A program made the translations under genes and the position numbers. A DNA stretch of 64,000 nt, from the NCBI GenBank assembly GCA_963850305.1, contig CAWKKR010000008.1:1824001-1888000 (forward strand). Direction: 5' to 3'. Below the pieces are notes generated by a model, which saw nothing but the letters and a program-made list of their open reading frames with translations, ran no database searches and was not told where the DNA came from. Positions 38,550 through 51,671 of the stretch are shown here, piece after piece (position 1 is the stretch's first letter; every line of letters starts with the position of its first letter). The DNA comes from an uncultured delta proteobacterium (GTDB taxonomy: Bacteria > Myxococcota_A > Polyangia > Polyangiales > Polyangiaceae).

Positions 38550-39431
38550 GTGGCCCGCGTCGCCCGCAGCCTGAAAGTAACGGTTCCCAAGCCCGGGCAG
38601 GATAAGCCGGAGCTCGGGCGCGTGGGCGTCATTGCCGTCGCCGGGTTCGTCATCGGTGTTGCCTGGCCGTGGTTGGCCGGCGTTCGGCTCGTTCCGAGCC
38701 CCCCGAGTGACGAGACCGCGGAGCCGCTCACATCGCCGGCGGTGCCCTCGGTTGCCTCCGGAGCGCCATCGGGAGCAGCCGCGGCGAGCGCTCCACCAGC
38801 AGCAGCTTCCGCGGCACCCGCGCGCACGACCGAGGAGACGCTGAAGGTGTCGCCGATGCAGGTCAGTGCTTGTCGCGACGGGAAGAAGAAACGAAAAGAC
38901 TGTGATTGCATCGGCGTCGATGACCGAGCACGGGTGCCCCTCCAGGCGCTCGCCGCCTGCGAAGACGCGCGAGGCGCTTCGGAGACGCTTTCCATCGGCA
39001 TGGAGATCGACTTCGGAAAGAAGGCCGTCACCGACGTGTTTCCGGGGAAGAGCACGACCTTTCCGAAGGACAAGGCACACGCGCTCGTCGACTGTGTGAA
39101 GCCGGGACTCGAAGGGCTCTCCCTCGACGGAGTCGATCACGAGCACGATCGGTACACGATCTTCTACTTCGTCGAGTTCGTCCCGCCGGGGACTGCAGTG
39201 ACTGCACCCGCCGTTGCCCCGGAGGAAGCGACCGCTGGCGCGAGTGGGCTCGCGACCGTCGGATGGGACGTTGCGGTCGTTCGAGATCAGCCGGACGACG
39301 GAAAGATCATCGCGCGCATTCGTTACGGAACGCGCGTCGTGGTCACCGCGCGGCGCGGCAAATGGTACGAGGTCAAGTTCGACGGGAAGGGCACCGAGGG
39401 GTGGGTTCACGGGAACGCGCTCGGGCTCTGA
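38550..39431 (+). CDS. Membrane-anchored protein with a C-terminal bacterial SH3 domain
   Basis: TM, Ala/Pro/Ser linker, Cys-containing middle domain, then VRDQPDDGKIIARIRYGTRV...WYEVKF...GWV. Confidence 0.75.
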   Translation: MARVARSLKVTVPKPGQDKPELGRVGVIAVAGFVIGVAWPWLAGVRLVPSPPSDETAEPLTSPAVPSVASGAPSGAAAASAPPAAASAAPARTTEETLKVSPMQVSACRDGKKKRKDCDCIGVDDRARVPLQALAACEDARGASETLSIGMEIDFGKKAVTDVFPGKSTTFPKDKAHALVDCVKPGLEGLSLDGVDHEHDRYTIFYFVEFVPPGTAVTAPAVAPEEATAGASGLATVGWDVAVVRDQPDDGKIIARIRYGTRVVVTARRGKWYEVKFDGKGTEGWVHGNALGL

Positions 39432-39477
39432 GTCAGCGCGCCGAGCTCTCCCGGCGGCGATGTGATATGAAGAAGCC

Positions 39478-39852
39478 GTGGCGGCGAAGCCGGTTTCCAG
39501 GCCCAAGGATCTGGTGCTCGTGCACGGGCCCACGTCCGACGGCGGCGGGGTCAACGTCCTCCGCGCACGCAAGCAACGGCTGGAGATTGGCACCATGCGG
39601 CCGCTCGAGCATGGCCGGCCCATCAACGGTGAAGTCGTCAAGCTCACCCCGCGCCCCGAGATGCCCCACCTCTACGACGCCGAGACGGAGTTCACCGCGC
39701 CCTCCCCGACGAACGAGGCCGGCGACCCTGCATCATCGGCCGCTTCCACCGAAGCGTGTGGTAACGCCGGCCCCGCTCAGGTCGCCTCCGACACCTACCG
39801 CAAAAACTGGGACGCAATCTGGAAGCGCACCTCCAAGGGTCTGGCCAATTAG
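39478..39852 (+). CDS. Hypothetical protein
   Basis: 124 aa with GC3 bias; C-terminal GPAQVASDTYRKNWDAIW. Confidence 0.65.
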   Translation: MAAKPVSRPKDLVLVHGPTSDGGGVNVLRARKQRLEIGTMRPLEHGRPINGEVVKLTPRPEMPHLYDAETEFTAPSPTNEAGDPASSAASTEACGNAGPAQVASDTYRKNWDAIWKRTSKGLAN

Positions 39853-39944
39853 CGTCGAATAGACGCGCCCTCGAAGCCAAGGACGACTCGCCGAGTGCAC
39901 CGAGATGGGCGCGCTCGAAGCCAGAGACGACGCACCTCGGTGGC

Positions 39945-41678
39945 CTATTGCAGGCGGACCATGAACGTCTTTGTTTGCCCGGCGGCCACGTTGGCGCTCA
40001 TCACTTTGCGTCCGAGCGAAGGATGGATGAACACGACGGTCTGCGGGCCCGGCTCCACCTGGATCCCAATCTTGGGCGTGGGGCCGAGGGGGCGACCATT
40101 GAGGATCACGTTCGAGACCGGGATCGAGTTCATGTTGAGCACGGCTTTGCCCCGCGACGGTTCCCGTGACGGCGGCGCAGGTGCACGCGAGGAGCGCGTC
40201 GCCGCGAAGGAATGCGACGCGGCGACGGGCGCGCTCGCCGGAGTGGAGGGGCTGCTCGTGTCCGTGTCCGAGCTGCCTTCGACCATCGTGATCTCGAACG
40301 TCTTTTCCGCGACGCCATCCTCGAACGTCACCGCGCGTCGATACGTCGAATAGCCGCTCTTCGTCGCGATCAGCGTGAGCAATTTGCCCGCGGGCACTTC
40401 GATCGTCGCAGGGAGCTCCGGGACGAGCCGGCCGTCGAGCAGGACACGAGCTCCGTCGGCGCCAGGTCCGGCCTTGAAGGTTGCCAGACCCTTCAACACC
40501 TTCAGCTTGAGCGGCCCGATCGTCTCCATCTCACCGTCGTCGAGCGTGACGTGCTGCTCCCACGGCTCGTAGCGATCGTTCCCGGCGACGCGCAGCACGT
40601 GATCCCCGGGCGTCAGATTCTTCGGGTTCTGCGGCAGCTCGCCGAACTCCTGTCCGTCAACGTAGAGAATGAGACCGGAGCCGAGCGCCGAGACCCGCAC
40701 GCCCGTTCCCGAGCCCGCCGCGGCGAGGGAAATATTCTCCGTGCCCTGCTGTCCGGCTTGAACGGAAACGGCCTGGTCCGCCGTTTCCTGATAACCCTTC
40801 GCGGCCGCGTGAACGAGGTGCGCGCCGTTCGCGAGATCCACCACCTTGCACGGCGACGCATCACACCGCTTCGTTCCATCCACGAACACTTGAACGCCGT
40901 CGATCGCACGGCCGCCGGGGCCGCTCACCGTGACCGTGAGTGCACCCGTTCGATTGCCGAGAAGCAGGGCACCCGCCGCGAGTAGCGCGCCGCCGATCGC
41001 GCCGGCGATATAGAGCCGCTTCTTCGAGGGTCGGCCGAACTCCGGCACCGCCGGCGCTGGCGGCAGCGGGCGATCGTTCCGCGGCATCGTCCGATTCGGC
41101 ACGACCGGCGGTGGCGGTGCGGAACCCGAGCCCGGCGAGTAGAGTCGGGTCGGCGCGTCGTCCTCGGGGTCGCCACCGTAGGCGTTCAGCCCCGAGGGCA
41201 CGGGTGCGGCCCTGGGCATCGACGGCGCCGGGCGCGCACTTGGTCGCGGCGGTGGCCGCGATGGCATCGGCGCCGCTGGCGGTACCGGCGGCGTCCCGAG
41301 CGACGGGCGCGGCGTCGCGATGGGCGGCGCGGGTGCTGGCGCGCTGGCTGGCGGCATCGGAAGAATCGCGGGGGGTGGCGCCATCCGCATGCTGGGCGGC
41401 GGGGGCGTGCCTCCGCTCGGCGGTGCCGCGCGGAGGCTGGAGGGTGCAGGCGGTGGTGCCACGCTCGGACGCGCGACAGGAGCAGAGAGCGAAGCGAGGC
41501 TCGGCGGCGGCATGGGTGCGCTCGGAGCCGGACCGCGACTCAAGCTCGGTGGCGGTGGCGGTGCCTTGGAGCCCGGCCCGCGCGAGATGACCCCTGACTC
41601 GGAAGGGCTCGGCGACTCTTTCTTTTTCGCGAGCGAGTCGAAGATATCGAGTCCAGAACCCTTCTTGTCGGCGGCCAT
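39945..41678 (-). CDS. PEGA-domain protein with a Pro-rich N-terminus and one TM
   Basis: Four PEGA-like repeats (VFVDG, LYVDG, VLLDG, VILNGRPLGPTP) after the TM segment YIAGAIGGALLAAGALLL. Confidence 0.8.
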   Translation of the reverse strand: MAADKKGSGLDIFDSLAKKKESPSPSESGVISRGPGSKAPPPPPSLSRGPAPSAPMPPPSLASLSAPVARPSVAPPPAPSSLRAAPPSGGTPPPPSMRMAPPPAILPMPPASAPAPAPPIATPRPSLGTPPVPPAAPMPSRPPPRPSARPAPSMPRAAPVPSGLNAYGGDPEDDAPTRLYSPGSGSAPPPPVVPNRTMPRNDRPLPPAPAVPEFGRPSKKRLYIAGAIGGALLAAGALLLGNRTGALTVTVSGPGGRAIDGVQVFVDGTKRCDASPCKVVDLANGAHLVHAAAKGYQETADQAVSVQAGQQGTENISLAAAGSGTGVRVSALGSGLILYVDGQEFGELPQNPKNLTPGDHVLRVAGNDRYEPWEQHVTLDDGEMETIGPLKLKVLKGLATFKAGPGADGARVLLDGRLVPELPATIEVPAGKLLTLIATKSGYSTYRRAVTFEDGVAEKTFEITMVEGSSDTDTSSPSTPASAPVAASHSFAATRSSRAPAPPSREPSRGKAVLNMNSIPVSNVILNGRPLGPTPKIGIQVEPGPQTVVFIHPSLGRKVMSANVAAGQTKTFMVRLQ

Positions 41679-41847
41679 ATTGGGAAAGCGCAATGTAGCT
41701 CTCTCACCGTCGAGGTTCCATCGAGTTGCGCAGGGTACGGACGGCATCCGAACGCAACGGCGCGACTACGCCGCACGGCGTCAAACCGGCGCAGTGCTTG
41801 GCCAACACGAACCCGATTGGTTGCGCGATCGAACCCGCGGCAACCCT

Positions 41848-44053
41848 TCAGAGCGAGTCGAGGATCGCGCGAACGCCGCTGCGGGCGAGCACGTACGTGG
41901 CGGCAATGCCGTCCACACGAGCGTAATCGATGCTGATGCCGCGCCACGAATCCCCGGCTCCGATGTGAAAGACGACCGGGGCCGTCTCTTCTCCGCTGGT
42001 CGCGTTCGCCGACATTCGCACGGTCAATAGCGGATGATCGAGACCCTGCTCGCGCCGCGCCGGGCCGAGTTCGATCGCTGCTTCCGCGCGCCAGCCCGTC
42101 AGCGTGTCGGTGATCTTCCTGATCGCTTCGACCGAGAGTGGCTCGCCGGCATCTGTCTGAACGAAGTCGTCTCCCCGTTTCTCGAGGACCACGCTGCGGT
42201 GGTCCGTATCGAGTTCGATCCGGTAGACGTGCGGCCCCGCCGCGAAGACGTTCCGATCGATCACCAGTGTCGTCAGTGTTTCGTGGAGCCGGCGAGGCAC
42301 GACGAAGACCGCCGGGTCTCCCGCCATCGTCGCGTAATATCCGGAACCGGTGGGGTGCCCGAGCTCGAGCACGTGTTCGACGAGCTCGTCGCCCTTCCGC
42401 ACGGATAGCCGCACGGTCAGCAGAGGCGCGTCGAATCCGAAGGTGCCGTCGTCCTTGTCGGCGACCCACCGCTCCGCGGTGAGGGTACGGAGTGCGTCGC
42501 ATAGCTCGAGGGCGAGTGCGCCGTCGATGGTGAAACCAGCGGGCGCCGACAGGGTGAGCACGCCGCTCGGGGCGCGCTCCACGACCTGCCTGGGCGTTCC
42601 GTCAATTTCGACGCGCGCGACATCGGCGATCGGCACGTCCAGCAGGGTTCGGCTTCTCACCAGTGCGGCGTCGGCGACCAGCGCCCTGGCCGCTTCTCGA
42701 CCGAGCTCCAGCACGACGCCGTCTTGTTGCCGCTCCGCGTACACCCGGCCGTCCGGGAGTGGTGCGCTCAACGTCACCGTCTCCCGGCGGACCTTGGACT
42801 CGTCCGAGGCGGAGCTCGTGACGAGCGCGCGGCCTGCCGGCGGATCGAGCCCGAGCGCTTTTCGATCGGGAGCGTCCACGATGGTTCCCGTCGCGTGCAA
42901 GATCGCGTCGAGGCGGGCGTTGCCGGCTTCCGCATCGACGTCTCCCTCTTTGGGGGCGCGCATCACGAAGCCCGTTTCCTTGCGGTCCAGCGCGAGCCGC
43001 GCGTCTCCTCGATCGACCTCGAACCCCTCTACTTCATCCGCTCTCATCCAGAACAGCGACCGATCGACGAGTGCCTCGGCCGTCGTCGTGAGTCCGCCGA
43101 GGACGCCGCGCGGCACGCAGGCCGCCACACGGTCCGGCTGTTTCCGCAGTGCCACGACGTCGGCGCTCGACCCTGGGCACACGCCGCCCACGATGACCAC
43201 GCCGACCTTCGACTTCCGGTCGATCGGGGTCATGGTGACCGTCACGGTGTCTCCGCTCGACAGAGCCTTCTCGGCCGCGTCGGGGTCGATGAAGTGATCG
43301 GCGCGCGTGTGCGCGAACTGGACCAGCACGCGATCGAGCGCGGCGCGGTTCGTCCGCGCGTCGCCGAGCATCCCGTCGAATCGGAATCCGTCGGGCCACG
43401 CGGCACGCCGGAGCTTGCGGGTGCCGCCCGCTCCCTCGAGCTCGAATCTTTTCGAGGACCGTCGACAGGTACGGCATCACGTATCGCTCGCGGAACGTGT
43501 CGACGGGAAGATCGAGCTCCGAGACGAGGCTCTTCGTCACCAGCACGACGCCCTTGCCGGGCGCATTCTCGCCCGCGATCTCCACGTACCGCGCGCCCTT
43601 CGGGGACGCCGCCTCCTTGCCGATGCGGAGTCGATAGTGCGTGTCGCCCATGTCGATGTGAAGGACGAGGCTCGGCGTGACGAGGCCGAATGCTTCGCGG
43701 TTGCCCTCCTCGGGTTTGATGCGACGGAACGCGGACGCATACTCCAGCGTCCCGAGGAGCTTCTGCACGCTGAACGGCTCGGCGTCCTCGACGAACGGCT
43801 GCTTGATCGTCCACGTTCCCTCGCCGGCGTCGTCCATCTTCGTGCGGGCGAGCGTGACCCAGCCGGAGGGTCGCTCGAACCGGATCCGCGTGACGGCGTC
43901 CTCGTCGTAGGCCTGGAGCAGGTTGTTCGCGCGAGCCTCGGCTTCGCTCGTCGTCATCTTCTGGCGCGTGGCGAACACGAGGATCACGAGCCCGAGGGCC
44001 ACGCCGATCAGGATCGCGTTCACGATCTGATGACGACGAAACGAGGTCGTCAC
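41848..44053 (-). CDS. DUF4340-repeat protein; one extra base at ~43445
   Basis: GTG at 44053 coupled to the GldG-like stop. N-terminal TM and repeated (F/L)GLxxP units. Frames join as LEKI|ELEGAGG. Confidence 0.75.
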
Positions 44054-45582
44054 GAGTTCCCTCCGGTCTGATTCTTTTCGCGCGAGCGTTTCTCCGAGCC
44101 GCGCCTTCGCACGAGGATCAGCAAACCGAGCGCGAGCGCCGAGCCCGGCATGTAGAGCAGCACGTACCGGAGAACCTCGGACAGCGAGTCCTCCGTGAGC
44201 GAGAGACCCGCGGGGTGCGACGGCTTCTCCGGCACGCTCACGATCGCGGGCTTCGCCGCGAGCCACGACAGCGCGCTCTCCACGAACACGCGATCGCCAA
44301 TCAGCGTCGCGTCGCGCCAGCTCCGGCAGAACGCGACGTTCGCGCTGCCGACGACGACCATGCGCGCACCATGCTTGTCCTTCGAGCCCGGTGGCAGCGG
44401 TCGCTCCGACGCCATCGCGACGGCGAAGGGTCCGCTCGCGTCGCCGTTGCTCTTCTGCACGGCCTCGCCCTCGTCCACGAAGGGACGGATGTCCTTCACG
44501 CTGAACGCGTCCTTGCTGGTCGTGAGCAAGATCTGCGCTTCGCCGTCCTTCGTCGCGTGGAGGCTCTGCGAGGCGGTGAGCTCGGGCCGCATCTTGGCGG
44601 TCTGGTCGTCCATCAGCCCGCGCGTCACGGCGTGCGGGAGCGGTGTCGCAAAATAGGTTTCGCCCAGACCCTGCGGCAGTCGCAACGCCCCGTCACGTTC
44701 GACGACGAAGTCCGTCCCGAACTCGATGCCGCCGAGCGCGGCGAGGCCACCCAGTCCGTTTTCGCGGATCCGATCGCCGTCGTCGAGGACGGGGTTCGAC
44801 ATCAAAAAGACGTTCCCGCCGTGCTCGAAATACGCCTCGAGCCGCTTCTCCGCGGGCGGCGAGAACGCGACGTCCGGGCCCGGAACGACGACGACCCGGC
44901 ATCCGTCCAGCGACTCGGACCTGTCGGGCGAGACGAGGTCGACCGACTTGGTCGCGTAGTTGTCCTTCTGGATGCGGTACTTGAGCTCGGCGAGTCCACG
45001 CGGCCCGCCGTCGTCCGCGCTGATCTCCTGGTCGCCCGTCGTGAAACACACGAGCGTCTTTTCCCTGCTGAGGACGTTGCGAATGCCCTCCGTCAAGGCC
45101 TGTTCCAGCACCGGTCGCGAGCGGTTGTTCTTCTCGTCGTACGAGACCATCTGGTCGACCGTGATGAACCAGTGCTGCTCGCCCCGCGCGAGGACGATGG
45201 CGGCGTCCGTGACGATGCGGCCATCCTCGGTCTTGCCCGTGACGATGTTGTACTTCTGCTCGAGCGCGATGAACTCCGCCGGCGCGCGGTCCGGGTCCAC
45301 GTAGCGAAGGTGAAGCAGCTTCGTCTGCGCCTCGTACGCGGCGAGCATCTGATCCACGCTCTCTCGCATGGGGTCGCTCGCGCTCAGGAAGACGATGACG
45401 TCGATGGGGTCGCCGAGCGAGTGCAGCGTCTCGAGCGTCGGCGCGGAGAGCGTGTAGAGCCCTCCCGTGGTGACGTCCCAGCGCTCGTAGAACCGATGCA
45501 CGAGGACGTTGGCGCAGACGGCGATGACGCCCGCGGCGAGCACGCCCGTCGCCGACAGCCACTTCGCGGAGCCGTGTGTCAC
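44050..45582 (-). CDS. GldG-like ABC auxiliary component
   Basis: RWDVTTGGLYTLSAPT, YVDPDRAP, FTTGDQE, HGGNVF, ARMVVVGS; TMs at both ends; GTGA-coupled start. Confidence 0.8.
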   Translation of the reverse strand: MTHGSAKWLSATGVLAAGVIAVCANVLVHRFYERWDVTTGGLYTLSAPTLETLHSLGDPIDVIVFLSASDPMRESVDQMLAAYEAQTKLLHLRYVDPDRAPAEFIALEQKYNIVTGKTEDGRIVTDAAIVLARGEQHWFITVDQMVSYDEKNNRSRPVLEQALTEGIRNVLSREKTLVCFTTGDQEISADDGGPRGLAELKYRIQKDNYATKSVDLVSPDRSESLDGCRVVVVPGPDVAFSPPAEKRLEAYFEHGGNVFLMSNPVLDDGDRIRENGLGGLAALGGIEFGTDFVVERDGALRLPQGLGETYFATPLPHAVTRGLMDDQTAKMRPELTASQSLHATKDGEAQILLTTSKDAFSVKDIRPFVDEGEAVQKSNGDASGPFAVAMASERPLPPGSKDKHGARMVVVGSANVAFCRSWRDATLIGDRVFVESALSWLAAKPAIVSVPEKPSHPAGLSLTEDSLSEVLRYVLLYMPGSALALGLLILVRRRGSEKRSREKNQTGGNS

Positions 45583-46326
45583 CCGACCCTCCACGAATCC
45601 ACCACGCGGATGGTCACGAAGAGCGGCAGGATCACGAGGGTGGCGTCGAACACCAGGCGCCGGAGATCGACGATCCCGCGCGAGAGCTCGTCCACCTGCG
45701 ACAGGACCGAGACCTGCGCACACACGTCGCGGATCGGTCCGGGCTCGAAGATGCGCTCTCCGATGCCGAAGATGAGCAGACCGAAGATGACGAGCGTCGT
45801 GAACATCATCGCGACGAGCTGGCTCCGCGTGACGGAGCTCATGAGCGTCCCCACCGCGAGGTACCCTGCTCCGACGCCGAACACGCCGAGGTAGCTTGCC
45901 CCGACGACGTGCCAGTCCACGGCGCCGGTCCTTCGCAGGATCACGACGTAGAGCACCGTCGGTGCCCACATGAGCACGTAGGTCGCGAGCGTCGCGGCGT
46001 ATTTCGCGAGCACCACGGCCGTCGCCGACACGGGTGCCGTGAGCAGCGCTTCTATCGTTCCGCTCCGTCGCTCCTCGGCGAACAGTCGCATCGTCAGCGG
46101 CCGGGCAGACGAGGAGAAGGGACAGGATCAGAAACAGCGACTCGCCGAAGTAGGCCTGCACCGGTCCCGAGTCGATGGACACGTCGGAGAAGCTCGCGAA
46201 GTGAAGGAGGATTTGATAGAAACTCGCCCCCTGGATCAGGAGGAAAATGAAGAGCAGCACCCACGCGAGCGGCGTGACCCATAAGCTCAGCATCTCCCGC
46301 CGGAAGATCGCAACGAACCCTCTCAT
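45579..46326 (-). CDS. GldF-like ABC permease; one extra base at ~46098
   Basis: IFRREMLSLWVTPLAW, then (P.LT)MRLFAEERRSGTIEALLTAPV and VVLAKY. Confidence 0.85.
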
Positions 46327-47264
46327 GAAGACGGCTCCGTGAGCTCGGCGAAGACGTCTTCGAGCGTCGCTCGCCCGGACGTGACCTCACGGACGCCGAG
46401 CCCTGCCGCGACGGCCGCGGCCACCGCACGCTCGAGCACCGCACCCGAGCTCGCACCCGGGGCGTAACCTACGGTGACGCGCACGAGACCGTCCTCGCCC
46501 GGCGCTTCGACGACGGTCGCGACGCCTTCGACGCTGGCGAGCGCGGCCCTGGCCGCGCCGCTGGCGCCGGATACGAGCATCGTCGCTGACGTCGCCGCGC
46601 GGCGCGCACGGAGCTCATCGATCGTCCCCTCGGCGACGAGCTGCCCGCGATCGATGACGATCGCGCGCCGGCACGTCGTTTCGACCTCCGACAGGATGTG
46701 CGTGGAGAGCAAGATGGTGTGGTTCTGTCCGAGATCCCGGATGAGATCGCGCACCTCGCGGATCTGGTTCGGGTCGAGCCCCGCCGTGGGCTCGTCCAGG
46801 ATGAGGAGCGGCGGATTCGCGACGAGCGCATCCGCGAGCCCGACGCGCTGCCGGTACCCCTTGGACAGGTGCGCGACGAGGGTATCCGTCATCTCCGTCA
46901 CCCGGGCGGCTTCCATCGCGTGGCCGACCGCGCGGACGCGCTCGCGGCGCGGGACACGCTTCAATTCCGCACGAAATGCGAGGTACTCGCGGACGCGCAT
47001 CTCCGGGTAGAGCGGCGACGATTCCGGCATGTAACCGAGGGAGGCCCTGGCGACTATTCCCTCCTCGAGCACGTCGTGCCCGTCGATGCGCACGCGCCCC
47101 GAAGTCGGTCCCAGGAAGCCGGCCAGGATGCGCAACGTCGTGCTCTTGCCGGCTCCGTTCGGGCCGAGGAAGCCGACGACCTCCCCCCGACCGACATGGA
47201 AAGAGACGTCCTTGACCGCGAGGACGGTGCCGTAATCCTTCACGAGATGCTCGACGTCAATCAT
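46323..47264 (-). CDS. GldA-like ABC ATP-binding protein
   Basis: GPNGAGKST, LSKGYRQRVGLA, LILDEPTAGLDPNQI, LSTHILSEV. Confidence 0.93.
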   Translation of the reverse strand: MIDVEHLVKDYGTVLAVKDVSFHVGRGEVVGFLGPNGAGKSTTLRILAGFLGPTSGRVRIDGHDVLEEGIVARASLGYMPESSPLYPEMRVREYLAFRAELKRVPRRERVRAVGHAMEAARVTEMTDTLVAHLSKGYRQRVGLADALVANPPLLILDEPTAGLDPNQIREVRDLIRDLGQNHTILLSTHILSEVETTCRRAIVIDRGQLVAEGTIDELRARRAATSATMLVSGASGAARAALASVEGVATVVEAPGEDGLVRVTVGYAPGASSGAVLERAVAAAVAAGLGVREVTSGRATLEDVFAELTEPSS

Positions 47265-47399
47265 CCGGTCGCGGGGCGGGGATAGCACGCTTCCGGGCAC
47301 GCGCGACCGAAGACCCGGCTTCGCGGACGCTTGTTCGGCTCCCCGCGGGGCGTTTTCGTGGAAGACTGGCGGGGACTCATTTCGACGGAGGTCCGCGTC

Positions 47400-49619
<2,220 letters not shown>

Positions 49620-49620
49620 T

Positions 49621-49880
49621 CACCGAGGGCCGATTGCTTCGAGCGTGGGGCCATCTCGGTGCTCTCGGTGCTCGGCGTGCGTTCGCACGCCTGCGCGCCT
49701 CACCCACCGATCTGACCCCACGGTCTTCGCAATCGGCCCTCGGTGGGTTTTGGTTCGAGCGAGGGGGCATGTCGGTGGTCTCGGTGCTCGGCGTGCGTTC
49801 GCGGGCTTGCGCGCCTCACCCACCGATCTGACCCCACGGTCTTCGCAATCGGCCCTCGGTGGGTTTTGGTTCGAGCGTGG
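49621..49880. repeat. Two tandem 116 bp units plus a 17 bp inverted element
   Basis: Units start at 49638 and 49754, with a third start at 49870. CACCGAGGGCCGATTGC (49621-49637) is the reverse complement of 49729-49745 and 49845-49861. Confidence 0.9.
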
Positions 49881-49928
49881 ATCGGACGTTTTGGTTGCGT
49901 CGCGAGTGCGGTCGACTACCGTCCGGGC

Positions 49929-50324
49929 ATGTCGATTCTGGATCACGTGACGCTCGTCGTGAAAGACTACGCTCGCTCCAAGGCGTTTTACGAGAAGGCC
50001 CTCGCGCCGCTCGGTATCAAGCCGATGATGGAGTTCGGTACGGCGTGTGGCTTCGGCCGCGATATGCCCGCGTTCTGGATTGGCACCGGACCGACGGCGT
50101 TTCAGAAGCCCGAACATCTCGAGATCATCACCCCGACGCACATCGCGTTCGCCGCCAAGGGGCGCGCGGAAGTGGACGCGTTCTACAAGGCGGCGATGGG
50201 CGCCGGCGCGAAGGATTTCGGCGCGCCCGGGGTGCGCGCGCATTATCACCCGAGCTATTACGGCGCGTTCGTCCTGGACCCCGACGGTCACGACGTCGAA
50301 GCCGTCTTTCACGGCCCGGCGTGA
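49929..50324 (+). CDS. VOC/glyoxalase family protein
   Basis: ILDHVTLVVKDYARSKAFY, HIAFAA, YYGAFVLDPDGHDVEAV. Confidence 0.9.
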   Translation: MSILDHVTLVVKDYARSKAFYEKALAPLGIKPMMEFGTACGFGRDMPAFWIGTGPTAFQKPEHLEIITPTHIAFAAKGRAEVDAFYKAAMGAGAKDFGAPGVRAHYHPSYYGAFVLDPDGHDVEAVFHGPA

Positions 50325-50432
50325 GGAGCGCGAGCCGGCGGGGTCCTGCCGCCCGGTTGCTGCCGCGTGAGGAAAAATCGTCGGTTCTCGATCGGTCGTG
50401 ATCCGGTGGAAAATGGTGCTAACAACGGAGGC

Positions 50433-51149
50433 GTGAAACGAACCAACACGTACTTCTTTCGAGTTCTTGGGTCCGTGGGAGTCCTGGCGCTCGTGGCGTG
50501 CGGCGGGGGCAAGCCGCCTGCCGACGCGGCCACGGCCAAGACAGGTCCAGCTCCAGGTGCGCCGACGACGGCGGCCGCGCCGAGTGCGTCAGCCGGACCC
50601 GCGAGCGATGGCGGTCCCACCGCCGCTCCGGGTGCGGCACCTTCCGCGGCGACCAGCGCTGCGATTGAACCGCCGAGCGCGCCGGCGGAGCCCCCACCGG
50701 AAACGCGACACGTCGTCGATGAGCTGACCGCCCCGAGCGTCGCGTACACCCTCGACTACGGCGGCTCGGGCCCCAAGCAGCTCGCGGAGAAGGCGTGCGC
50801 CGGCAAGGCAGACGATCCCCAGGCGCGTGCTGCCTGCATGGAGAAGGAACGCGGCCGCTTTCTCGCCGACGTGCTCGTCTTCACCAAGGACGCGCAGGGC
50901 GTTACCTGGACCATCTATCGACGCAACGGGAACAACCTCGCCGAAGTTTCCCGGAGCGCCATCGACTTCAAGGACGAGACCGGCAATGGCGTCTCCATCC
51001 ACATCAAGAAAGACAAGGGCTGGCGCCCCCTGTTTGCCGGAACGAAATCCGTCGTCCTCGCTGCCCCTCCTGGCTCCAACATCGAGTTCCAGGATCCGAC
51101 GTGGGGCCACCTCGTGTACGAGGCCAAGATCGGTCTCGTCAATCAGTGA
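50433..51149 (+). CDS. Hypothetical lipoprotein
   Basis: Lipobox LVAC, an Ala/Pro/Thr/Ser linker and a globular C-terminal domain. Confidence 0.75.
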   Translation: MKRTNTYFFRVLGSVGVLALVACGGGKPPADAATAKTGPAPGAPTTAAAPSASAGPASDGGPTAAPGAAPSAATSAAIEPPSAPAEPPPETRHVVDELTAPSVAYTLDYGGSGPKQLAEKACAGKADDPQARAACMEKERGRFLADVLVFTKDAQGVTWTIYRRNGNNLAEVSRSAIDFKDETGNGVSIHIKKDKGWRPLFAGTKSVVLAAPPGSNIEFQDPTWGHLVYEAKIGLVNQ

Positions 51150-51284
51150 TGGCCGCGGCACCAATCCGCTGAGGGTACCGAAGCCGAACCGACCGAACGC
51201 GCGCGCCTCGCAAGTCCAGCTCGCGAATTGCCAGCCGATGTCGGCGTGGACCCCCCGATTCTCGACGAGATCGCCAGGGATCAC

Positions 51285-51641
51285 GGCGCGGACGCCGACA
51301 TCCTGGGCGCGGACGCCGACATCCTGGGCGCGGACGCGAACATCCTGGGCGCGGACGCGGACGTCCTGGGCGCGGACGCGGACGTCCTGGGCGCGGACGC
51401 GGACGTCCTGGGCGCGGACGCGGACGTCCTGGGCGCGGACGCGGACGTCCTGGGCGCGGACGCGGACGTCCTGGGCGCGGACGCGGACGTCCTGGGCGCG
51501 GACGCGGACGTCCTGGGCGCGGACGCGGACGTCCTGGGCGCGGACGCGGACGTCCTGACCGCGGACGCCGCCGTCCTCGACGAGACCATGGCCGTCCTCG
51601 ACGAGACCATGGCCGTCCTCGACGAGACCATGGCCGTCCTC
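51285..51641. repeat. 21 bp tandem repeat (17 units)
   Basis: 13 x GGCGCGGACGC(G/C)(G/A)AC(G/A)TCCTG, one hybrid unit, then 3 x GACGAGACCATGGCCGTCCTC. Confidence 0.95.
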
Positions 51642-51671
51642 TGAGCGACAGGTACCGGGGTCGGCCCTGGT

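Noticed and set aside
44050..46326. 758 aa GldF-GldG fusion ORF in the track
   Set aside because: It results from the extra base at ~46098. Its middle is out-of-frame text, and the permease ends at 45579 with a GTGA-coupled GldG start.
49621..51641. CRISPR or IS identity for the 116 bp and 21 bp repeats
   Set aside because: Both are direct tandem units with no spacers, and no transposase ORF was recognised.
51147..51644. TGA read-through fusing the 50433 lipoprotein to the heptad repeat (same frame stays open)
   Set aside because: Open frames are common at this GC content, the lipoprotein ends naturally, and no SECIS-like or other recoding evidence was found.
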